64,000 bases of DNA from Mobula hypostoma (lineage: Eukaryota). The notes beneath the pieces were generated by a model. The model was given only the letters and a program-made list of their open reading frames with translations. It had not been told where the DNA came from and did no database searches. The translations under genes were made by a program, and so were the position numbers. Below are positions 39,179 to 50,875 of this stretch, in pieces. Position 1 is the stretch's first letter, and every line of letters begins with the position of its first letter. The DNA is taken from contig NC_086109.1 in NCBI RefSeq assembly GCF_963921235.1, positions 32,862,001 to 32,926,000 of the forward strand, written 5' to 3'.

Positions 39179-39800
39179 GGGGGAGGGGAGCACCAGAGGA
39201 AGATATAGTGAGAGGGACAGAGGGAGAAAAAAGAGAAAGAAAGGGGAAAAAATAAAAATAATAAATAAATAAGGTATGGGGTAAGAAGGAGAGGAGGGGC
39301 ATTAACGGAGGTTAGAGAAGTCAATGTTCCTGCCATCAGGTTGGCCTGAAAAGGACAGGCTAGTTGGAGGCCAGCCTCCAAACTGATGGCATGAACAGTG
39401 ACTTGACTAACTTCCGTTAATGCCCCTCCTCTCCTTCTTATCCCATCCCTTATTATTTTTCTGCTTTCTTTCTCTTTTTTCTCCCTCTGTCCCTCTCACT
39501 ATATCTTCCTCTGATGCTCCCCTCCCCCTTTCTTTCCCCCATGCCTCCTGTCCCATGATCCTCTCCCGTCTCCAGCCTTGTATCCCTTTTGTCAATTAAC
39601 TTTCCAGCTCTTAGCTCCATCCCTCCTCCTCCTGTCTTCTCCTATCAATTTGGATCTCCCCCCTCCCCCTCTCAAATCTCTGACTATCTTCTTTCAGTTA
39701 GTCCTGATGAAGGGTCTCGGCCCGAAACGTCGACTATACCTCTTCCTACAGATGCTGCCTGGCATGCTGCGTTCCACCAGCATTTTGTGTGTGTTGCTCC
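39179..39800 (+). mobile_element. Penelope-like element 3' end with an inverted 5' duplication
   Basis: GIY-YIG C-terminal remnant (cagcctccaaactgatggcatgaac), pyrimidine-rich UTR, hammerhead, terminal tail; inverted arm at 39179-39344. Confidence 0.85.
39699..39736 (+). ncRNA. Minimal type-I hammerhead ribozyme motif (Penelope-type) with intact core
   Basis: UAGUC-CUGAUGA-a-GGGU(cucg)GCCC-GAAA-C-GUC^GACUA: 5-bp stem I, 4-bp stem II, palindromic ACGU stem III. Confidence 0.8.
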
Positions 39801-39920
39801 AAGTTAACAGCCCTGGTTTCCCATCATTTTTGAATAAATATCAGAATGCTATGCACAATTTCCAAAGTGACTGCATCCCAAATACAGATCTCACCCTTTG
39901 AAACCAAAAGTTTCACTTAC

Positions 39921-40049
39921 TTCTTGCAGCTAATATGGCTCCTGTTAAAGCTCCACTGGTTATGGAATTCCATGGATCTTCTTTACCTCTGACCTTCACT
40001 AAACCACAGTCTATCATTGAAAACAAACCACCCCATATAGCAAAGCTTC
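39921..40049 (-). CDS. TIMM17A: TIMM17A exon 4
   Basis: ttcag|GA...A|gtaagt; [43 protein letters not shown]. Confidence 0.96.
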
Positions 40050-40969
40050 CTGAAATATTAAAAAAAATGAATTGAAGGGTAATTACTTATATAATTAAAA
40101 TTGGAATGTATTTACACTCACTGAATTATTAATTTTACATATTCGACCGATTATATCATTGCAAGATTTCAATAAAATGCTAATAAATCATGATTAAAAA
40201 ATTTATAAATTGAGTATTGAGTAAATTTATTAAACATCTGAAACATAATTAAATATGCAGTTCTAAAACAGAGCCTTTCATTCCAACTTTTCACACTGAT
40301 GTAATCCCCCCATTGCTTGGCAGGGAATAATATATCTAAATATCTAACATATTTCAAAGTAACATATACAATGAAAGTTGTTCTATTCAAGTTAGATTAG
40401 AAGGAGCAACATTTTGCATGATACTGTTAGCATGGAATATATATACTACAGCTCTGTACGGTGGAAACATTTTTGTGAAGGACTTGCTCTAAGAAATCCT
40501 AATTAAAACATGGAAAAATCACATGCAGAAACATTTTATCAAACTGCAAGTTCAAGAAAAATCTAGACAGGGCTATGAAAACCAAATTTCTATTAAGTTC
40601 ACACAAACAAACTTTGACATTAACATTAAAATTAATCAGCATGATTCTAACATCTCTATATGCTGAGGACTTCACTAAGAATTTCACTAACAGACAAGTG
40701 TATTAATCAAGCAGAAACTGTAAATCCCCACAAGCATTTCACAATCAACTTTGTTGTAAAAGCTGATTGTTATTATTTAAATGGAAATGTTTTTCCAATA
40801 TGCAAATTCTTGCAAGCTTCATTAAATACAAAATAGGAGAATAAATGGTCAATTAGTTTCAGTTTGCCAGAACAATATATGAGCTCATCATTTCATTTTA
40901 GTTTTGGTTTTGTCATTTTGGACAGGTAAATAGGATTCAAGTTTATTTCCCATTCAAAAAATAGTACCT

Positions 40970-41375
40970 CCAAGAGGACCACGGCTCATGGTTTGGAGGT
41001 TTGCATGCCTCAATGACCTGGAGAGCTATGTTGACTGGAGTCAGAGTCTTGTGCTTTGGCTTTTGGTAGGGTCACTCATGCCAAACAGATCAAAGGGTAG
41101 AGGCCAGACTAAGAGTGGTCCACTTGACCTCCAGGTTTGGGGGTTCAGCCCAGGGCTAACAACCTTGACCAGTAAAACAAAATTATTGTAGAAACAGCTA
41201 TGAAGAATCTTTCTACATCTAAGTGTGACGGTATTCTGGAGTCTCCACCTGGGATTTTCATGACAGACAGTAGTGAAAGCTGAGAGGAAGCTACTGACAT
41301 GATGAAGGAAGCCCTGAACACCACCAGAGATGCAGGACCTTCACTGCTGCCCTAAATGCCGCAGCATAATGAACA
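40970..41375 (+). mobile_element. Probable RTE-derived non-autonomous element
   Basis: gggtagaggccagactaagagtggtcc...ggggttcagcccagggctaacaacc resembles RTE 5' UTR sequence. Confidence 0.45.
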
Positions 41376-41702
41376 GTCATTCAAAAGATAGCACCTCTGA
41401 CACTATAGCATTCTCCCCGAAATCCCAAAGTGAAGCAGGAGCATATTCTGACTTGGGTAATAATGTTCCAAGTCAACAAAGTATTGCATTGTTGGTATAA
41501 TTTAGTAAATAATTTGCAGGCTCAAAATCTTATTTCCAAGACAGATCAAAAGAACAATGATATTTACAGAACAGATACCTCAGCATTCAGCTATAAAGTG
41601 TGGATAATTTCCCAAATGCTGATCATGAACAGCCTTATGAGAACTGACATTTTAAAAACTGTTTAGCTTGAAAGATCAAACGAGCAAATACAACCAAAGT
41701 AC

Positions 41703-41766
41703 CTCCTATCTGTGGAGCTCTAGTCTTAACAGCAGTCAAACTTCCACGTAATCGGTGACTCATTCC
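41703..41766 (-). CDS. TIMM17A: TIMM17A exon 3
   Basis: cag|GGA...G|gtactt; GMSHRLRGSLTAVKTRAPQIG. Confidence 0.95.
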
Positions 41767-41924
41767 CTGTTTAAAGAAAAAACAAAAAAAAATATCAAAA
41801 GTATACAAGAGGCAAAGAAATGTAACAAAATTAATATTACGTAAGTAACTTCAGTGATCTATTTCAAAAGTACGCCATAATAACAATATTGGTACAAAAG
41901 GTCAATGTCATATTAGTTATATTA

Positions 41925-44640
41925 AAATTCAAAGTAAAATTTATCAGTGTACATAAATGTCACTGCATACAACCGTGAGATTCATTTCTGTGGGCATACC
42001 TAGCAAATCCATACAACAGTAACTGTAAGCAGGATCAATGGACAAACTGTGCAGATGCAAATGTAAATAAATAGAAATAAATAACAAGCATGAAGTAACA
42101 AGATAAAGAGTCCTTAAAGTGAGGCGATCGGTTGTGGATCGAGAAGGAGAATGAGTGTAGAGCCTGATGATTGAGCGGTAGTAACTGTCCTTGAACCTGG
42201 TGGCCAGAGTCCTTTAGTTCTTGTACCTTCTACATAAAGGCAGCAGTGAGAAAAGAGCATGGCCTGGGTGGTGAGGATGTTTGATGATGGATGCTGCTTT
42301 CCTAAGCGATGTTTCATGTAGATGTGCTCAATGGTTGGAAGGGTTTTATGCATGATGTTCTGGGCTGAATCCACTACCTTTTGTAGGACTTTCTGCTCTT
42401 AGGCATTAGTGTTCTCATACCAGGCCGTAATGCAGCCAGTCTATCAGCACACATCTATAGAAGTTTGCCAAAGTTTTTGATGACATCCCACCCAAATCTC
42501 TGCAGACTCCTAAGGAAGTAGAGGTGCTGTTGTGCTTTCTTTGCAATATATAATGGGTCTTGGACAGGTGCTCTGAGATAGTGACACCCAGGAATTTAAA
42601 GTTACTGACCCTCTCCACCTCTGCTCCTCTAATAAGTACTGGCTCAGGGACCTCTGGTTTCCCTCTACTGAAGTCTTCAATAAGTTCTTTGGCCTTGAGT
42701 GAGAGGCTATCATTATTATTATTATTACACCACCGCTCAGCTAAATTTTCAATCTCCCTCCTATATGCTGATTCATCGCCACAACAGTGGTGTCATTAGC
42801 AAACTTGTATATAGTGCTGCAGCTGTTCTTGGCCACAGTCATAGATGTAAAGCAAGTAGCGCAGGGGGTTGAGCACATATCCCTGTGGTGCTCCTGTGCT
42901 AATAGAGATTGTGGACCAGACGTTTTTGCCAATCCAAACTGATTGGGGTCTACAAGTGAGGAAATCCAGGATCCAACTGCACAAGGGGTATTGAGATCCA
43001 GGTCTTGGAGTTTACTAATTAGTTTTGAGGAGATGATGGTATTAAATGCTGAGCTGTAATCTATAAAATATATCCGGATGTACGCATCTTTGCTGTCCAG
43101 ATGATCCAGGATTGTGTGAAGAGCCAATGAGATGGGATCTGCTGTAGACCTGTTACTAAGGTAGGCAAATTGGAGCAGATCCAAGCTGCCACTCAGACAG
43201 GAGCTGATGTGCTTCAACACCAGCCTCTCAAAACACTTCTTCACCGTGGATGTAAATGCCACTGGGCAATAGTCATTGAGGCAGCTTACCATGCTCTCTT
43301 TGGGCACCGGTACGACTGAAGCCTGCTTGAAGCAGGTGGGTACCACACACTGCCAGAGCAAGGGTTGAAGATATCTATTAATACTCCAGCCAGCTGGTCA
43401 GCACAGATCTTCAGCACCTGGCCAGGTACTCCATCCGGACTGGCTGCTTTCCTTGGATTCACTCTCTTAAAGGCAGCCCACACATCGTCTTCAGATACTG
43501 AGACCAAAGGATCATCGGGAGACATGGGGGTGTGCAATGATTCCTCACTGTTCTGGGGTCAAGGCGAGCACAGAAGGCATTGAGCTCATCCAGAAGCAAA
43601 ACTCACTGTTCCCTACGTCACAACATTTAACTTTGTAGGAGGTTATGGCATTCAGAACATGCCGCAGGTGTTGAACATCCCTCGTAGATTCCAGTCTAGT
43701 CTGGAATCTCCACTTTGGCTTTGAGATGACTATCTGGAGGTCATTATTGCAGCTCTTGCAGCATTCTTGATCTCCAGACTTGAATGCCTCTGATCTAGCT
43801 CACAACAAATTCTGGATTTCATTGTTCATCCAGGGCTTCAAGGTACACTCATCCAGGACTGTTTTAATAGTCTGTTACAACCCTGGTGTAGTCATTCAGG
43901 TCCTCAGATGAGTACTTGAACACGGCCCAGTCCACTGACTCAACTCAACCCTATAGCCGTTCCTCTGCCTCTCGCAACCACCTCTTAGTTGTCTTGATTT
44001 CAGAAGCCTTGCTCTTTAGGCTCTGTCTGTATGCAGGTAGTAGGAGTACAGCCAAATTAACCGACTTGCCAAAATGGTTTCTCAGAAAGGAACAAAAGGC
44101 ATTCCTTATCATAGTGTAGCAGTGGTTTGGTGTGTTGGGACCTCTGTTGCATCAGATTATGCGCTGATAATTGGGCAGGGTTTTCTTCAAACAGGCCTGG
44201 TTAAATGCATCAGGATGGCCTGCTTCTTGCTTGCAGACAACATCATGCAGTTTCACACAATTGCCTGCTTATAATCTGCCACTGGTGATATGTGAACTGC
44301 GGCCAGGATCACGTATGAGAACTCCCTAGGCAAATAGAATGGTCTACATTTAATCATTAGAAAATTAGTAAGATCCTCGGGCTGTATCACTACATCTGGT
44401 GTGTTCGCTATTAACCAAGTTTCAGTGCAACAAACAATTGAGATCTGCCTCTGATATAGCAGCCTTGCCCTGAGATCATCAATCATATTTTCCAGCAACC
44501 ACATATTTGCCAACAAGACGGGGTAGAGGAGGCCTCATCCCTCTGCTTTTCAGCCTGGTTTGAATTCCGCCTCGCTTGCCGCATTTTCAGTCATGGCGTT
44601 GACACACTTAATTGCTCTGCTGGAGCTTATGACTTCTGCT
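41925..44640 (-). mobile_element. Decayed near-full-length Rex1/Babar LINE in TIMM17A intron 2
   Basis: CFKQASVVPVPK...LNDYCPVAFTSTVKKCFERLV...QFAY...RSTADPIS...FIDYSSAFNTI; APE remnants CCTETWL and KCRPFYLPREFS. Confidence 0.85.
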
Positions 44641-45739
44641 CCACATTAAACCATCAAATGTGAGAACTGAAGATCACTGATGGAATTTTGTAGTCTGCTG
44701 CTTAGAAGAAATATGCATATGCATTTAATCAAAGGTTGGGTCACCTGCATCTTTGTGCATGTTTGAAACGTGGGGAAAGTTCATACAAAATTCAAAAATA
44801 TTTACATACTTCAGTTATCATTCAAGGAATTAAGAGTTGACATATGGATGAGTGTGCCTTGAAGCTCTGGATGAACAAAGAAATCCAGAATTTGTTGTGA
44901 GCTAGATCAGAGGCATTCAAGTCTGGAGATCAAGAATGTTGCAAGAGCTGCAATAATGACCTCCAGAAAGTCATCTCAAAGGCAAAGTGGAGATTCCAGA
45001 CTAGACTGGAATCTACGAGGGATGTTCAACAGCTGCGGCATGTTCTGAATGCCATAACCTCCTACAAAGTTAAATGTTGTGACATAGGGGACAGTGAGCT
45101 TTGCTTCCAGATGAGGCTCACTGCAAATTCAAAGAAGTCTGTTATCCATAGAAGATCTCATAGTATCTTATCTCCTTCACAATTACCATCAGCACACATG
45201 CACTACACCCTGCGTGTTAAGCACCCTGCTTTATTCACTTTATATCTGATAGTGGGGCTAAGTACAGCTCCAATCAATGCCTATTTAAGTTTACTGACAA
45301 CACTACTGTCACTGGCTAAATCGAGCATGGTGACTAATCTGCATATAGGAGGGAGACAGAAAATCTGGATGAATGATACCACAGCAACAACTTCTCACTC
45401 AATGTCAGCAAAATCAAACTAATTATCAATTACAGGAGGAAGCCAGATCCATAAGCCAGTTCTCACTGGAGAATGGAGGTAGACAGCATCAGCAGCTTTA
45501 AATTCCTTGGCATTATCACATTAGAGGATCTGACCTGAGACCAGCATGAGACCCATTACAAAGAAAGCACAACAGCACATCTATTTTCTTATAAGTTTGC
45601 ATAGATTCACCATGTCACCAAAACTTTGACTTTTTCCTTTGACATTGATCTAAACAATCCAGCAAAAATTATAGTATCAAATTGCCCAGGCAGCGAGTGA
45701 TGTTAAATAATTCTCATTAGCAATTACAGCAGTGATAGA

Positions 45740-47030
45740 AAAGTACAGCACAGAAACAGGCCCTTATGCCCATCTAGTCTATGCCTAAACCTTTTAAATT
45801 GCTTATTCCCACAGACCTGCAGAGACCATAGCCTCAATACGCCTACCATCCATGCACCTATCCAAATTTCCCTTAAAACATTGAAATCAAGCTCACATGT
45901 ACCACTTGTGTTGGCAGCTTGCTCCACACTCTCATAACTCTCTGAGTGAAGTTGTTTCCCTTCATGTTCCCCTTAACTTTTCACCTTTCACCCTTAACCC
46001 ATGACCTCTGGTTGCAGTCCTACCCAACCTCAGTGGAAAAAGCCTGATTGCATTTACCCTACCTATACTCCCCCCTCAATTTTGAATACCTCCATCAAAT
46101 CTCTCAATTGTCCACTTTCTAAGGAATAAAGTCCTAACCTAGTCAATCTTTCCTTATAACTCAGGCAACATCCTTGTAAATTTTCTCTGTACCCTTTCAA
46201 CCTTATTTACATTTTTCCTGTAGGTAGGTGACCAAAATAGCACACAATACTCCAAATTAGGCCTCACCAACGCCTTATACAACTTCAATATAACATCCCA
46301 TCTCTTGCACTCAGTACTTTGAAATATGAAGGCCAAAGTGCTAAAACCTTTCTTTATGACCCTATTGACATTTAACATCACTTTCAAGGAAACATGTACC
46401 TGTATTCCCAGATCCCTTTATTCTACAACACTCCTCAGTGCCCTACCATTCGCTGTGTAAGACCTACCCTGGTTGGTCCTACTGAAGCACAACACCTCGC
46501 ACTTGTCTGCATTAAATTCCATCTGCCATTTTTTCAGCTGATAGAGATTCCTCTACAAGCTATGATAGCCTTCATCACTGTCCACAACCCCAACCTTGGT
46601 GTCACTCACAAGTTTGCTGATCCAGTTAACCACTTTATCATCCAAATCACTGACATAGATGACAAACAATGGACCAGCACTGATCCCTGCCATACATTAG
46701 TCATAGGCCTCCAGTCAGAGGTAACCCCCTACCACAAAGGCAATGTCTAGTCCAATTTACTACCTCGTCTTGAATGCTGAGCGACTGAACCTTCTTGATC
46801 AACCAGCCATGTGGGACCTTGACAAACGCCATGTAGGCAACATCCAGTGCCTTGCCTTCATCCACTTTCCTAGTAACTTCCTCACAAGACTCTAAAAATG
46901 ATTAGGTATGACCTACCACATACAAAGCCATGCTGACTATCCTTAAATCAATCCATGACTATCCAAATACTTATACACACAGCCTCTTAGAAAACCTTCC
47001 AATAACTTTTCCGCCACTGATATCAGACAA
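45740..47030 (-). mobile_element. Old CR1 RT and 3' fragment
   Basis: Minus-strand LYKALVRPNLEYCVLFWSPTYRK...VQRKFTRMLP. Confidence 0.85.
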
Positions 47031-47269
47031 GATTAAGATCGGAACTTGGTGAAAACTGGGGGAAAAGGGTAAAATTTGTTATATTTTGAAATATTTACCC
47101 AGATTTATTACAGATCAGATATACATTAGTTTTTAAACAATTAAAAGCTTCCAACAGCAGTAAACATATGCTGTGCCATTAAAATTTCACTTATACTTCA
47201 TATAATAACTGCATAACATTTTCAGTTTATTTTACTGCAAGAACACTTAGCAAACTCCTCACCAACTGT

Positions 47270-47700
47270 TGATAGTCATAGTCATACTTTATTGATCCCG
47301 GGGGAAACTGGTTTTCATTATAGTTGCACCATAAATAATAAATAGTAATATGTAAATTATGCCAGTAAATTATGAAATAAGTCCAGGACCAGCCTATTGG
47401 CTCAGGCTGTCTGACCCGCCAAGGGAGGAGTTGTAAAGTTTGGTGGCCACAGGCAGGAATGACTTCCTATGACGCTCTGTGTTCCATCTCAGTGGAATGA
47501 GTCTCTGGCTGAATGTACTCCTGTGCCCAACCAGTCCATTATGTAGTGGATGGGAGACATTGTCCAAGCTGGCATGCAACTTAGACAGCATCCTCTTTTC
47601 AGACACCACCGCCAGAGAGTCCAGTTCCATCCCCACAACATCACTGGCCTTACGAATGAGTTTGTTGATTCTGCTGGTGTCTGCTACCCTCAGCCTGCTG
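47270..47700 (-). mobile_element. Rex1/L2-like LINE 3' end
   Basis: Minus-strand SHPLHN...TERHRKSFLPVATKLYN, aataaa and a short-repeat tail. Confidence 0.7.
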
Positions 47701-48152
47701 ATAAGTAAGACTAGTAGAAATGAGTACTTGATGGCATATGAAAAAGGGCCTATTTCTGGGCTTTATGACTGACTCTATCAACTTCACAAGATTATGCTGA
47801 GAGCAACTCTAAATTGCACCCAGTAAAGGAATGGGAAAATCAAAAGCAGATACTTCTGAATTTTATACATTTTACCATATACTCAAATATTTCAGAAGTT
47901 GCTGTCAGTTTCATGGTACAAATTCTGACATCCTTCATTACAACTGTAAAGCAAGATTTTAGACTCCTCCTTGTATAGAGCAAATCAAAATTTTATCTAC
48001 TTTATTTCTACATTAGTGAGATGCTAGAAAAGCAATACATCACTTCACATGCAAAAACAAGGTTAGGAGAATGTACAAAGAAACTGAACATTATCTCAGA
48101 CCAAGGAACATAAAAAAAATGAAAATTTTATCAGGGTTGTGAAATGACTTAC

Positions 48153-48252
48153 CACTGGTGAATTCCTAAAGCCTTTAATAGACTGAAATATTCCACCACC
48201 CATGGCACCCATGGTAAAGGCACCACCACAGTCATCCACGATCCTCCAAGGG
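48153..48252 (-). CDS. TIMM17A: TIMM17A exon 2
   Basis: ag|C CCT TGG...GTG|gtaagt; [33 protein letters not shown]. Confidence 0.96.
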
Positions 48253-48389
48253 CTAATGAGAAAGAAATGACATTACGTACTTACTATGTCAGCGGTATCT
48301 GCTCAAGCAAAACCGAATGTGCACAAATACTAAAGTGGAAAATCTCCACAAACATCCAATGAATTTCACAGAAGACCAATCCCACTCCC

Positions 48390-48780
48390 CGTGACAGCAT
48401 GGGTTTTCTCCAGGTGGTTCAGTTTTCTCCCACAGTACAATGACACACCGGTTGATAGGTTAATTGGTCATTATAAATTATCCTGTGATTTGACTACGAT
48501 TAAATCGGGAGTTGCTGGACGGCATGGTTTGAAGGGCCTGTTCTGTGCTGTATCTCAATAAATAAACATTCTTGATAATTCCAATCCCTTCCATATTTAA
48601 TTTTAATATACACCACTGTAACAGGGTCTTCCAGCCCACATTAGCCCATGGTGTCCAATTGCACCCATGTGACCAACTTACTGACCCACATATCGTTGGC
48701 GTGTGGGAAGAAACTGGAAAACCAGAGGAAACACACCTAGCCACAGGAAGAATGTACAAACTCCTTAGAAACAGTATCAG
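48390..48780. mobile_element. Two V-SINE (HE1-like) fragments in opposite orientations
   Basis: gggttttctccaggtggttcagttttctcccacag (+) and gtgggaagaaactggaaaaccagaggaaacacac...aatgtacaaactcctt (-); a similar fragment lies at about 10590-10720. Confidence 0.65.
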
Positions 48781-49639
48781 GATACTGAGGGCAGGTTGCC
48801 CTGTCCAAGTTTTCTCTCGTCCAGAAGAATATAAGTATTAGACGTAAACTACCCAACCTTTTGTGCATACTCCAATCACTAAGTTAATGGCCGATCTTTT
48901 CCTCCTGCTATTTCTGGCAATGGCATATGCCTCTCCTATAACTGATCTTTAATAACTGCTGTCAACCATTGTTAGCCAACTACTCCTGCACTGCTTTATG
49001 CTTTAAAATGACCTTTCTCCCCCTTTTGCAAATAATATTTTCTTAAATGTTAGTCAATGCCTGTCTGCTGCCATGCTTTCACAAGTTATTTCCAAATTGA
49101 CCACAGCCAATTCACCCCTCGTACCTTCACAATTTTAATTTTATCTGTAAGATTTTAAATTACTTTAATTTAAATCCCTTTCAATGTAAAATTGTATCAC
49201 ATTTTGGTCACTCTTCCTTCAAGGACCATTTACATCAAGGTTATTTCCTTTCTCACTGCCCAATACTCGATCAAAGATTGCAAAAACAAAGTGTTGGAGG
49301 AATACAGAAACAGAAATCTACAGCACATTACAGGCCCTTCGGCCCACAATGTTAATATAACCAATAACAATGTTGTGCCGACCATGTAACCTACATTGAG
49401 CGTCAGTCAGCAACTGTAGGGAGAAATTATTAACTGCTGTATCACAGCATCCGGGCTCTACATTTTTTCTGAACTGCGTTCTCCACAAATAACCTCTTCT
49501 CAGGCTTCAAGCCGGGTACAGTTATTGATTATAACCGATGCCTCGATAACAAACTCTGCTGTCTTCGTCAGGGATACTCATCAGGGGTTACCTACACCGT
49601 TCCCTCCCACTCCCTCCACAGCTTTGGGGAACCGTCACC

Positions 49640-49810
49640 AGGTGAGGGCACCTGACCTTCTACCAGCAACACCACACCCAGAGGTAAGGGTCCATCTGTG
49701 ACCTTGAACTGGCCACCCCACACCCACAGGTAAGGGTCCACCTGTGACCTTCAACTAGTCACTCCACACCAAGAGGCTGTCGAACCCTTGACCTTCTACC
49801 ACCATCCCCA
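49640..49810. repeat. About 46-bp tandem repeat (about 4 degenerate units) in TIMM17A intron 1
   Basis: Units 49673-49718 and 49719-49764 are closely similar; tgacctt recurs at 49653, 49699, 49745 and 49789. Confidence 0.8.
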
Positions 49811-50260
49811 CAACTCGTGGCTGCTCTCCGGCAAGGCCCGGCCGGTCTCTCAGTCGCTGCTCCCACCCTTCCAGCCACCCTCTTTCCCCTGCGAAGATCA
49901 TAGATACGCGCACCACGACCAGCGCCTTAGAGAGACGAGGGCCGGGGCTCGGACGTGTCTCCTCCGCGCCCACGGACTGCCGACCCCTCGCCATTTACGG
50001 TTACCCGGCTCCCGGCTCCTGCCTCACCAAGGCTCGCGAGCATACTCCTCCATCTTCCTCCGTGACGCGTCTCCTGCTCCGGGTGACGTGACGTGACACG
50101 GCGCTCCTCTGCGAGGACGCATGCGTCAGCCGGGGCGGCAGGGCGCATGTGCTCAAACTGTGGCAAATTGGCCCGTGGGATGGGCTGGCAGGTTTTCTCT
50201 CCCGGTTCCAGGTCATCTGAAGCCCCTCGAAGGCAGGGGACTGTTCGCGAACTGTAAACA
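49800..50260 (-). promoter_or_regulatory. CpG island and TIMM17A promoter
   Basis: Clearest GC/CpG-rich block in the window, spanning exon 1; TGACGT x2 (50084-50094), GACGCATGCGTC (50116-50127), GC box (50132-50138), GCGCATGTGC (50143-50152). Confidence 0.8.
50028..50053 (-). CDS. TIMM17A: TIM23-complex translocase subunit Tim17-A, exon 1
   Basis: ATG GAG GAG TAT GCT CGC GAG CCT TG|gtgagg (MEEYAREPC), inside a CpG-rich region. Confidence 0.95.
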
Positions 50261-50718
50261 CAGTTGTGGCTCATTCAATGGCAATCTAGTGTTTGGGTTG
50301 GAGGCCTCTATGTATGAATTTCTAGAAGGAGGTTAACGTTGCTGACAGAGTGCTGCCTCTTTATTAGGCCGCAATGCATTTACTGTGTAACTATAACACT
50401 GCTTTAGTTTAATTTTTAGCGGCACTGCGCGGAGTAGATCCTTTGAGCTATGCCGCCCTAGCAACCCGCAACCCAAAAAGAACAATTTAACAATTTCAAA
50501 GTTCACAGTAAATGTATTATCCAAGTACATATAGTGTGCATTTAATATTTCAGTAGCCTTTGAGTAATATTGTAAACATACTGTTTGATTAAGCATTTTG
50601 TTTACATAATTCATTACGAGTTTTAAGTAAACGTATATGAATGGCATCTATCATTACACCATCACGTCATATGTGAGCTTTTCACTAAAGTAAAACAAAG
50701 TATACACGTTTTCCCGGG

Positions 50719-50875
50719 CACATCAAAGTTGCTGGTGAACGCAGCAGGCCAGGCAGCATCTGTAGGAAGAGGTACAGTCGACGTTTCAGGACTAACGCAG
50801 GGTCTCGGCCCGAAACGTCGACTGTACCTCTTCCTAGAGATGCTTGAAATCTCAGCATCTTCAGATTTCCTCGTG
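50719..50875. mobile_element. Fold-back Penelope terminus
   Basis: 33-bp inverted arms at 50756-50788 and 50812-50844; flanked by the near-duplication tacacgttttcccggg / tacattttcctggg. Confidence 0.75.

Noticed and set aside
49640..49810. CRISPR-like array
   Set aside because: Eukaryotic context; whole units are homologous with no unique spacers and no cas genes.
49755..50336. Several 70-115 aa ORFs around TIMM17A exon 1
   Set aside because: Expected from stop-poor GC-rich CpG-island sequence; no recognisable domains.
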